In this document: positions 7,672 through 15,047 of the stretch, in pieces
Position numbering within the stretch: the first letter of the stretch is position 1
Layout of the letters: the number at the start of each line of letters is the position of its first letter
Origin: a bacterium
Lineage (GTDB): Bacteria; Desulfobacterota; DSWW01
Assembly: GCA_040756235.1 (NCBI GenBank)
Contig: JBFLZG010000055.1
Location: 1 to 18,866 of the forward strand
DNA length: 18,866 bases
Direction: 5' to 3'
Notes under the pieces: generated by a model
Told to the model about the DNA's origin: nothing
What the model saw: only the letters and a program-made list of their open reading frames with translations
Database searches by the model: none
Translations under genes and position numbers: made by a program

Positions 7672-8499
7672 TCAGTCGACCGACGCCAACACGGCTGAAA
7701 AATGGCCGACCTTGACCTCGCTCTTGACCTTCACGGGAAGGCGGCGCTCGTCCGAGCTGATCCACACCTGCATCTTTGCAGCCTTGCTCCTCTTGAACAC
7801 GCCTCCCAGGTGCTTGAGCTCCGGTTCCAGCTTGAAGGCATCATAGGCGCCGGCCGGGACCTCCACCCTCTCCTTGCCGAGGACCCGGATCTTGCCCATG
7901 ACGGACTTCTTGCCGTCCGAGACCGGAGCCTGGAGCTCCTGGCCGACGGCAAGGTCCTGCAGGCGCAAGAAGTAGCAGACCGACAGAGGATCGAACGTGC
8001 CGGAGGGAACGGCGATGGGCTCCTTCTGCTTGCCCCGGTTCTCGTACCGCGCCGTATTCATGGTCCAGTCGAAGCGCACCACCACATCGGCCCGGTAACC
8101 CCCCTCGCGTAGCGTCTTCCGGTGGAGCAGAGAGTGGGTCATCTCCAGGTTGGCGAACGCCTCTATCGTGTCTCGAACCTTGTAGAACAGGTCCAGGAAG
8201 GGGCTCGAGCGCACCGTCATGAGGAAGTGATGGGCAGCGACGCCGCCCACCGCGGTAACCGGCTCGACGCTGAGCACCGCCGTTCCCGCGGGGATGGAGT
8301 TCCAGCGCAGGTCGAAAGTCAGCCTTTCCCCCGGTTGGAATGCGGAAGACGGGGAGCCGGCCGCCCCCGCGGCGGCCGGCGTGTAGAGAGCCAAGGCAAA
8401 TCCAATCAGGAGCACTGGCAGGGAAAGCAGATTGCGGGACGCCGGTGCAGCGCGGCCTTTTTGTTCGAGGGGTCCAGCCCGAGGAATCAACGGACGCAT
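7672..8499 (-). CDS. DUF3108 domain exported protein
   Basis: Signal/TM segment, then FQPGERLTFDLRWNSIPAGTA...FYKVRD...DPLS..Y.LR...E.VEVPAG.Y...VWISSDERRLPVK. Start uncertain (8499 or 8514). Confidence 0.8.
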   Translation of the reverse strand: MRPLIPRAGPLEQKGRAAPASRNLLSLPVLLIGFALALYTPAAAGAAGSPSSAFQPGERLTFDLRWNSIPAGTAVLSVEPVTAVGGVAAHHFLMTVRSSPFLDLFYKVRDTIEAFANLEMTHSLLHRKTLREGGYRADVVVRFDWTMNTARYENRGKQKEPIAVPSGTFDPLSVCYFLRLQDLAVGQELQAPVSDGKKSVMGKIRVLGKERVEVPAGAYDAFKLEPELKHLGGVFKRSKAAKMQVWISSDERRLPVKVKSEVKVGHFSAVLASVD

Positions 8500-8541
8500 G
8501 CGACGAGAGAGCACCGACCCGGCTTTCCATTTCGGCCCATC

Positions 8542-9234
8542 TTACGCGCCTTTCATTGGCAGGACGTAGAGAAAAATGCTCAAGAAATGACACGCACTGC
8601 CGGCCAACACGAAGAGGTGCCAGATGGAGTGGCTGAAAGGGAGCCTCTTCCAGGCGTAAAAGAGCAGGCCCGATGTGTACGCGAGCCCCCCGATCCCGAG
8701 CCAGACCAAGCCGCCGGTCGGGACTGCGGCCGCGAGCGGCTTGGCTGCTACGATCATAAGCCATCCCATGCCCACGTAGAGAACCATGGAGGGCCACTTG
8801 GGACGGGTGCGGTTGCAGCGGAAGACCTCGAGGCAGATTCCGAGGACCGCGAGCCCCCAGACGATCCCGAAGAGGGACCATCCCCAGCCGCCGCCGAGCT
8901 TGACGAGCGTGAACGGCGTGTAACTGCCCGCAATGAGCAGGAAGATGGCCGAATGGTCCAAGACGCGGAAGATCCGCTTGGTTTTTGCGGATCTCGTACC
9001 GTGATACATCGTGGAAGAGAAGTAGAGCAGGGCGAGCGTGGTCCCGTAAATGCTGAAGCTGATGACCCGCCGGACGTCTCCGTGGAGTGCGGCGAAGGTG
9101 ACCAGAACAGCAAGAGCCAGGAGGCTGAGCGCGAGACCGATCCCGTGGAGCAGGCTACTCGCGATTTCTTCAGCGCGGCTGTAACCTGCGGCACAGCGCA
9201 AGTCTGCTTCACCCCCGCTTCGACGGCGGCACAA
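8542..9234 (-). CDS. Hemolysin III / PAQR family membrane protein
   Basis: EEIASSLLHGIG, SSTMYH, LDHSAIFLLIAGSYTPF, LYVGMGW, HSIWHLFVLAGSACHF motifs with multiple TM helices. No in-frame ATG near the start; TTG 9234 or TTG near 9201. Confidence 0.92.
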   Translation of the reverse strand: MCRRRSGGEADLRCAAGYSRAEEIASSLLHGIGLALSLLALAVLVTFAALHGDVRRVISFSIYGTTLALLYFSSTMYHGTRSAKTKRIFRVLDHSAIFLLIAGSYTPFTLVKLGGGWGWSLFGIVWGLAVLGICLEVFRCNRTRPKWPSMVLYVGMGWLMIVAAKPLAAAVPTGGLVWLGIGGLAYTSGLLFYAWKRLPFSHSIWHLFVLAGSACHFLSIFLYVLPMKGA

Positions 9235-9263
9235 AAACCTGTCTTCTCGGAAGCTGCCGACGG

Positions 9264-9590
9264 CTAGTACTGCCAGCCGCCGCCTCTGCCGCCGGACGAG
9301 GACCGGCCGCCGTCACGTCTTCCGCCGCCGCCCCGGCCGCCGCCTTCCGTACGAGGGCGAGCTTCGTTGGCATTCAGCTTCCGGCCCTTCACATCCTTAC
9401 CGTTGAGACCGGCAATGGCCGCCTGGGCCTCGGATTTGTTGGGCATCTCCACAAACCCGAATCCCCTGGATTGTCCGCTGAATTTGTCCTTGATGATGTT
9501 CGCCGAAGATACCTGTCCGAACGCTTCGAACAGGTTCCGCAGCTCGTCCTCCGTGACGTCGAAGGATAGGTTCCCCACGTAGATGTTCAT
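9264..9590 (-). CDS. RRM (RNP-1) RNA-binding protein with Gly/Arg-rich tail
   Basis: RNP2 IYVGNL, RNP1 RGFGFVEM, NEARPR followed by a GGR-rich C-terminus; RBS GAAAGG. Confidence 0.96.
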   Translation of the reverse strand: MNIYVGNLSFDVTEDELRNLFEAFGQVSSANIIKDKFSGQSRGFGFVEMPNKSEAQAAIAGLNGKDVKGRKLNANEARPRTEGGGRGGGGRRDGGRSSSGGRGGGWQY

Positions 9591-9726
9591 TTTGACCTTT
9601 CTCTTGTTGAGGGTTTGAAGCTGATCTCCAGACGTCTTATCCGCACAAGGACGAGCCGGGCTCGGTTCCTTTTTGCTTACCGGGGTGTCGGATGCTTACG
9701 GGGCGGCTCAAGAAGGCTGGATTCCT

Positions 9727-9759
9727 AAAAAAAACGCTCAGACGCAGTAAATCTGAGCG
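9727..9759 (-). terminator. Intrinsic terminator between the Fe-S gene and the RRM gene
   Basis: Minus strand CGCTCAGA-(9 nt)-TCTGAGCG followed by T8. Confidence 0.8.
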
Positions 9760-9798
9760 GAGTTACACGGCTGCAGAAATTTACTTCGGCCTTTCATT

Positions 9799-9827
9799 AG
9801 ATTACACATCTTCGGCCATTTGGTCAA
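9799..9827 (-). promoter_or_regulatory. sigma70-type promoter pointing toward the RRM gene
   Basis: TTGACC (9827-9822), 17-nt spacer, TAATCT (9804-9799), with an AT-rich UP-like tract upstream. Confidence 0.6.
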
Positions 9828-9850
9828 TAGACTAATAAAAACAGTGTTGA

Positions 9851-10750
9851 TCATGGGACTGTCTGTCCGGAAGGCGCAGGCGCCTCCCCGAGCAGAAGCT
9901 CCAGAGGCACGAGATGGCCGAGCGCGTAATCAGATCTGGGAGCCATCTTTCGGGCGCCTCCGGAGCACGTGCTCACGCACAAGCCGCAGCCGAGGCACTT
10001 GCCGGGGTCGACCTGCACCTCGTCATCCGCAACGAAGTTAGCACCGAACATGCAGCGCTCGATGCAGCGCCCGCACTTCTCCCGGCCAAGGCATCGCTCG
10101 GGGCTGGCGACGATCCTCTCGGGTCCTGCCGCCAGCATCAGGCCGGTGTGGAGGTAGGCGCGGGTGAGGACGCAGACCTCCTTTTCGCAGTTGCAGATGC
10201 AGAAGGTCCATCTGCCGGACTGCATGCAGTAGTCCAGTTCGTGGACCAGGCCTGCCTCGTGGCACTCCCGCAGCAGGGCCTTCACCTCCTCCGGGCTGGC
10301 ATACCGGAACTCTCTTCTCAGGCTCGTGAACATGTCGGCGGCATACAGCATGAAGACGTCTTTGACGACGGGATCCCGGTACTTGCCGCAAGAGGTCTGG
10401 CACAGGCACGGGCCGATAGCGAAACGCGCTCCCTTGGGCCCCTCGCTGCTTGCGAGCAAGTCGACGACCCGTTCCGCCGTCGCGGTGGTGATCACGATCC
10501 CGTGGGGCAGGGTGCCGCTCATCCGGGCGATCGCTGTCAGGACGCGCCTGCCGATGCGGCTCCCCATCAGGCGCCGGCTCTCCATCATGTGATCCAGGGC
10601 ATGCAGCAGGAGCGGCTCGAACCTGGCGAAGAGTCGATGGAAGCGGTACTGAAAGGCGCTGATTCGCCGGATGCGCCTTCTATCGGGGTCCAGCCCTAGG
10701 TGCCCGACGAGGATGAAACCCGCCGCCGCCCAGAGGAGCGTGCCGTCCAT
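9851..10750 (-). CDS. 4Fe-4S dicluster-domain protein with N-terminal hydrophobic segment
   Basis: C-terminal CLGREKCGRCIERC and CLGCGLCVSTC ferredoxin motifs; additional CLCQTSC and CICNCEKEVC clusters; RBS GGGGG. Confidence 0.85.
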   Translation of the reverse strand: MDGTLLWAAAGFILVGHLGLDPDRRRIRRISAFQYRFHRLFARFEPLLLHALDHMMESRRLMGSRIGRRVLTAIARMSGTLPHGIVITTATAERVVDLLASSEGPKGARFAIGPCLCQTSCGKYRDPVVKDVFMLYAADMFTSLRREFRYASPEEVKALLRECHEAGLVHELDYCMQSGRWTFCICNCEKEVCVLTRAYLHTGLMLAAGPERIVASPERCLGREKCGRCIERCMFGANFVADDEVQVDPGKCLGCGLCVSTCSGGARKMAPRSDYALGHLVPLELLLGEAPAPSGQTVP

Positions 10751-10759
10751 TCGGTCCCC

Positions 10760-11689
10760 CTACAGGGTTGTCTCACGATCGGGCCGGTCTTGCACCGCTT
10801 CGGCTCCGGTCTCCTTCTCCTTCACGATCAAGATCGGTATGTGGGAGGTCTTGATCAGGGACCTCGTTATGTGTCCGAGCAGCAAGCCCGCGAGCGTTTC
10901 CCGCCACCGGGTCGCGACGATCAGCAGCTTGACCTGATGCTCGTCGATCGCCTCGCGGATGGCCGCGGCGATCTTGTGTTGCTCCAGCTTGAAGATCGGG
11001 GCCACCGAGAGCCCCTTGCAGTCTATGCGGCTGATGAATTCTCGGAACTGCTCTTGCGCGTTCTCTCTCATGACTTCGGCGAATTGTTCATAGGTCTTGC
11101 CCGTGCTGTAATAGCCCGACGGGACGCCGTACGCGTGGAGGCATTTGATTTCCGTCCGTCCGGAGGCGGAGGCAAACGCGATCCCCACTTCCAAGGCATC
11201 GACGGAAAGCTCCGAGAAGTCCACCGGAACCAGGACCTCGCCCAGCTCGGGGTGCGTTCCCCCGGGGACGGCCAGGACCGAGCACGCCGCTTTGCGCGTG
11301 AGCTTTACCGGAAAGCTCACATCGTCCCCAGGCCCCTGTCTCTTGCCGACCACCACGAGATCGATCCGCTCTCGCTTGATGAAGCCCAGAATCCCGAGGA
11401 TGCGCGATCCGTGCGCCACCTCGAATTGCAGCTCCGTGTCCGGGCAACCCTCGAAAGTGTCGGCGACGATCGCTTCCATGCGCTGCCGGACAAACTCGCT
11501 GGCTGGCCCGGACGATTCCGCATACTCGGCGCGAAGCGCCCTGGGCACGGCGTCCGGCGAGCGGGCCACGTGCAGGAAGAAAACCTTCTCCGATTTCGCC
11601 AGCCGGCTGATCATGGCCGCATAGCGAACGGTCGATTGATCATGAGCACAGAACGAAATGCCTACCAAGAGGCGCTTGTACCGATACAT
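10760..11689 (-). CDS. Tandem universal stress protein (two USP domains)
   Basis: RBS GGAGG; YKRLLVGISF...IDLVVVG and VLVPVDFSELS...LLIVATR...LLGHITRSLIKTSHIPILIV. It ends 9 nt before the Fe-S gene, so they are likely co-transcribed. Confidence 0.9.
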   Translation of the reverse strand: MYRYKRLLVGISFCAHDQSTVRYAAMISRLAKSEKVFFLHVARSPDAVPRALRAEYAESSGPASEFVRQRMEAIVADTFEGCPDTELQFEVAHGSRILGILGFIKRERIDLVVVGKRQGPGDDVSFPVKLTRKAACSVLAVPGGTHPELGEVLVPVDFSELSVDALEVGIAFASASGRTEIKCLHAYGVPSGYYSTGKTYEQFAEVMRENAQEQFREFISRIDCKGLSVAPIFKLEQHKIAAAIREAIDEHQVKLLIVATRWRETLAGLLLGHITRSLIKTSHIPILIVKEKETGAEAVQDRPDRETTL

Positions 11690-11727
11690 GCCCACCTCCT
11701 CGGCTGATCCTCTCTGCACGACGCCCA

Positions 11728-11756
11728 ACGGTACCATAACGCAAACCCGCGGACAA
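11728..11756 (-). promoter_or_regulatory. Possible sigma70 promoter for the USP/Fe-S operon
   Basis: TTGTCC, 17-nt spacer, TACCGT with an extended -10 TG. Confidence 0.4.
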
Positions 11757-11870
11757 ACAGGGGGAGGGCTGCAGGCAGGATTCCCGGACGAGTGAGCCGG
11801 CTGCCCCGCCCGGGAGCATGGCGACCCATCCGGGCAGGGCATCACCAAACAGGGCTGCAGGAGCAGAGGC

Positions 11871-12854
11871 TCAGTCCTCGGCCTCCAGCACGGCTGCCGC
11901 GGCGATGCCTTCGATCCGGTCCAGGATCTGCCTCCACGAGAGCGTGCTCACCGGAGCCGCCAGCAACCGGCCTCCGGTCACCAGCGCCAGGAGCTGATCG
12001 CCTGCCCGGACAAAGCGCTCCACCATCTGCCTGGACCAAGGGGCATCGAGGCCGCCGGTTGCGGCGCGCCACGTCCGGCCGCCGTCATGCGTCTGTTCGA
12101 TCCGGCCTCCGACGGCGACTCCGTCGGCCGGCCCCAGGATCAGATGGTCCGGGTCCGCCGGATCCAGCCAGACGGCCCTGCAGTAGCATTCGTAGAGACA
12201 CTCCCATGTGGCTCCGCCGTCGCGGGAAGCAAAGAGGCCGCCGCCCGTGGGCGCGAAGACCCTGTCCGCCGAGGACGGATGGACCTCCACCGAATGGACG
12301 TCGGAATGGATGAAACCGGAACAGGGTGAGGACGGCTTGGGTTGCCCGGTGCTCCCGTCGGGGAGCCTCCAGCTCCGTCCGGCGTCGTCGGAACGCAGGA
12401 GGCCTCCCACTTCGACAGCTGCATATCCGCGGCTCCCGTGGAAGGCGAAACCCCGGACACAGCCCGCCTCGGGCGAGTAGGGAAGGGACCAACCGAATCG
12501 GTCTCGCAGGCGTTCGACCTCCGGGCATCCGTGCCAGGTACGGCCCTCGTCGCCCGAAACGAAGAGCCCGGCAGGCTCGGTCCCGGCGTAGACGTCCGGC
12601 AGGCCGGGTCCCCTGCAGGCGAGCCAGCGTACGTGCGGCAAGGTGAGGCCTGCGCCCGATTCCGACCATGTGCGGCCCAGGTCCCCGGAGCGGACCATTC
12701 CCCTGCGGGTGCCGACGATCAGAGCGCCGGCATGGGCGAGAACGCAAGTGCCCGGGGCCTCCAGATGGCCTTGTTCGAGCCCATGCCAGGAGCCTTCTTT
12801 CCAGACGAAAGTGTGGATGCCGTTGCCGGCGACCACACAGAGGAGTCGCATCAT
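11871..12854 (-). CDS. BNR/Asp-box repeat beta-propeller protein (glycosyl hydrolase-like)
   Basis: Five Asp-box repeats: SGDLGRTW, SGDEGRTW, SDDAGRSW, SRDGGATW, THDGGRTW; YAGTEPAGLF; DVH; RBS GGAGG. Confidence 0.85.
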   Translation of the reverse strand: MMRLLCVVAGNGIHTFVWKEGSWHGLEQGHLEAPGTCVLAHAGALIVGTRRGMVRSGDLGRTWSESGAGLTLPHVRWLACRGPGLPDVYAGTEPAGLFVSGDEGRTWHGCPEVERLRDRFGWSLPYSPEAGCVRGFAFHGSRGYAAVEVGGLLRSDDAGRSWRLPDGSTGQPKPSSPCSGFIHSDVHSVEVHPSSADRVFAPTGGGLFASRDGGATWECLYECYCRAVWLDPADPDHLILGPADGVAVGGRIEQTHDGGRTWRAATGGLDAPWSRQMVERFVRAGDQLLALVTGGRLLAAPVSTLSWRQILDRIEGIAAAAVLEAED

Positions 12855-13007
12855 CCTTGCCCCTCCGACCTTGAATCTCAATCTTTTTGCGCCTTTATAC
12901 GATGCCGCTCAGCCGCCCGACGTTCCGAAACGAGGGAATCCAAAACAACGGCGGCGCATCAGAGGAAGGGTCGCGCGACCCGGCCGGGGGCCTCCTCTCC
13001 CTGACCG

Positions 13008-13466
13008 CTAGCCCCGGCGCCTCGCATACCGGCCCATCAGCACCGCCTCGCTCACGACATGCCCCTTCATCGCCTCCTCCAGCTGGCGCTTGGTCGCCCC
13101 CGGAGCCAGCCGCAGCTCCGCGTCCAGCGCATAAACCTTAATGTAATAGCGGTGCTCCCGGTCCGGGGGGCAGGGTCCGCTGTAGCCGGGCTCCCCTCCC
13201 GTGCCGATACCGGCCACGCCGGGCGGTTCCTCCCCCTCGCGAATCTCCGTCAGGGTCGGCGGTATGTTGAAGACGATCCAGTGGTCCCACATCCCGTCCT
13301 GGCGCAGGTTCCGCGGAACGTCCGGGTCCTCCATGACGAGTGCGAGACTCTGAGCCTTTGCGGGAATGCCCCTCAGCGACAGGGGCGGGCTGATGTTCTC
13401 CCCGTCGCACGTATACCGGGACGGAATCTGACCTTCATGCTGGAAGGCAGTACTGATCAACTTCAT
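13008..13466 (-). CDS. YbhB/YbcL family PEBP (Raf kinase inhibitor-like) protein
   Basis: IPSRYTCDGENISPPL, MEDPD, WDHWIVFNIP, YSGPCPP..EHRY...YALD; RBS AAGGAG. Confidence 0.95.
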   Translation of the reverse strand: MKLISTAFQHEGQIPSRYTCDGENISPPLSLRGIPAKAQSLALVMEDPDVPRNLRQDGMWDHWIVFNIPPTLTEIREGEEPPGVAGIGTGGEPGYSGPCPPDREHRYYIKVYALDAELRLAPGATKRQLEEAMKGHVVSEAVLMGRYARRRG

Positions 13467-13974
13467 GTGTCAGGTCTCCTTTCGGTCGAAGTTTCGGAAG
13501 GATCCTCCCCGTCAGCGCGGACATTCGATACGGCAGGCGGGTCACGCCTCTCGGCCAGGCTCGAGGGCGCTCCGACGGGCCTCGACACGTTAGATGGCGC
13601 GCCGGGACGATCGGTATACGCTGACTATCCGTGGTCCCGTCGGGTGGTGAGCTGCTTGTCTCGTGCCTTACCCGTGAGGCGATCGCTTTGCCCGACGCCT
13701 CCCTGTGGTGATATAGATAGAGGCGTCACGGAACATGGAGGCGACGCGGGACCGCCAACGGAAGGGCGAGGATATCGGCATGCGCGTGAAGGAGCCCTGC
13801 ACGGCCGGGCCGCCATCCCGCAGAGATGGCTTCGCAACCTCAGCGGACGGACGCGGGAAGATGACGACGGAAGGGTCTGCGAGCTGATCTCCATGGCGCG
13901 GAGCGCTTTCTGGCAGGTCACACCACACGCAACACGCCCGGGTTGAGCATACTTGCTTGAAGGAGGGCAATGCC

Positions 13975-14718
13975 GTGAAGAACAGGCTCATGAGCGGAAT
14001 CTGGCGCTACATGCTATCGGTCCCGCCGGCCTTGTGGGAAAGGCAGGTGGAGAAGAGCGGGAAGAGGATCGAAGCGAGCCTCCGGTTCATGTCCGAGGAT
14101 CACCGCAAGGTGCACCACGCTGCGGTCCGGGAGCTGCCGCAGGTGGGGAAACCCATGCCGCCTGAATTCATCGCGGACAGGGTGGGTTTGCCCCTCGACC
14201 GGGTGAAGAGCATCCTGGACGATCTCGAGGAGCACATGACGTTCCTCTTCCGGAACGAGGAGGGGGCGGTCGTGTGGGCATACCCGGTCACGGTCGACAG
14301 GACGCCGCACCGTGTGACCTTCAGCTCGGGCGAGCAGCTCTACGCCGCCTGAGCGGCGGACGCATTTGCGACACCCTTCGTGCAAGGGCAACTGCGGAAT
14401 GAATCTCTGTCGGTCGTGGTGCAGACGGAATGTGCGCATTGTCGGCAGCCGATGCACATCGAGATCGATAGCGAGCTGCATTACCGGGTGAGGGAAGAGG
14501 GGGCGGATCCCGTCGTCTTCGTGCCTCAGGTCGATTTCCACAAGCTGGAGGATCCGAGCATCATCGACTCCTTCTGACACGAGTGCACCTTCTTCTGGTC
14601 AGAAGAACACGCTCGTGAATATCGAAGAAGCGTCCACAGAATACGGGGGGAGTACTTCACGGCCGCACAGATGGTGCAGGTCACCAAGATCGTGCAGAGC
14701 GCGCTCTTCGGCTTCTGA
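13975..14718 (+). CDS. merB: MerB (organomercurial lyase)-like protein, predicted selenoprotein with two Sec (U126, U201), 247 aa
   Basis: RBS AAGGAGG then GTG 13975. One frame continues through TGA 14350-14352 and TGA 14575-14577 to TGA 14716-14718. Winged-helix N-domain, then YPVT..TPHRV...LYAA[U]AAD (MerB LYAWC96ALD99), ECAHCRQP (C117 region) and IIDSF[U]HECTFFWSEEHA (MerB QSFC159CHVHFFAS). SECIS-like hairpins follow both internal UGAs. The symbol denotes family homology, not proven function. Confidence 0.88.
14361..14396 (+). promoter_or_regulatory. Candidate bacterial SECIS element 1
   Basis: CGCA-T-TTG-[CGACA bulge]-CCCTT-(CGTGC loop)-AAGGG-CAA-C-TGCG; 26 nt separate the UGA from the loop, which has G at position 2. 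Confidence 0.6.
14578..14617 (+). promoter_or_regulatory. Candidate bacterial SECIS element 2
   Basis: CACGAGTG/CGCTCGTG lower stem, internal loop, TTCTTCT/AGAAGAA upper stem, apical loop GGTC 19 nt after the UGA. Confidence 0.8.
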
Positions 14719-14800
14719 GGAGCCGCCGGAGAGCCCCGGTGTAGCCCGGTCGCATTACCCGCAGATCCATCCGAACGGTCACGGACCGTTTGACTCTGTC

Positions 14801-14918
14801 CGTCATCCCGGCCGTGCTCCGCAGCGCGTGCTGGCCGGGATCCGGTAGGGGCGAATAATTATTCGCCCCTACAAATGACGGGCACAGGGACTGGACCCCG
14901 GCTTGCGCCGGGGTGACG
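14801..14918. repeat. REP/BIME-like palindrome cluster between convergent genes
   Basis: CGTC-ATCCCGGCC...GGCCGGGAT (14801-14841); perfect 28-bp palindrome GTAGGGGCGAATAATTATTCGCCCCTAC (14845-14872); ACCCCGGC-TTGC-GCCGGGGT-GACG (14895-14918). Confidence 0.75.
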
Positions 14919-15047
14919 GAAATGAGGGCACCGCCCTTCTTCAGTCGCCCGCTCCCCGGCTCCTCCGGAATGACCGTCTCCAGCTGGATTTCGCATTGCG
15001 CCCCCGAATGCGCCGACTTGCGCGTAGAGGGCGGGCCTGGCTCGAGC

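Noticed and set aside
9180..9234. Frameshift at the hemolysin III 5' end (out-of-frame GTG 9212, MKQTCAVPQ)
   Set aside because: In-frame TTG starts exist and the conserved domain is intact; not enough evidence.
9851..10750. HgcB-like ferredoxin (mercury methylation) given the nearby MerB-like gene
   Set aside because: Much longer than HgcB, no C-terminal Cys pair, and no hgcA corrinoid gene adjacent.
13735..13974. Upstream in-frame ATG ORF joined to the merB-like frame through TGA 13885-13887
   Set aside because: No recognisable protein features, only a weak hairpin after the TGA, and a strong AAGGAGG RBS supports GTG 13975 as the start.
13975..14718. Pseudogene or alternative genetic code (UGA=Trp/Gly) as explanation for the in-frame TGAs
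   Set aside because: Many genes here end properly at TGA and use TGG for Trp. Two random nonsense mutations hitting exactly both catalytic Cys codons, each followed by a hairpin, is unlikely.
14716..14793. Third TGA as another selenocysteine
   Set aside because: MerB similarity ends here, the position is not a conserved Cys, and the continuation is short, non-descript and runs into the repeat cluster.
14774..14980. CRISPR array
   Set aside because: The palindromes are dissimilar to each other, are not regularly spaced direct repeats, and no cas genes are present.
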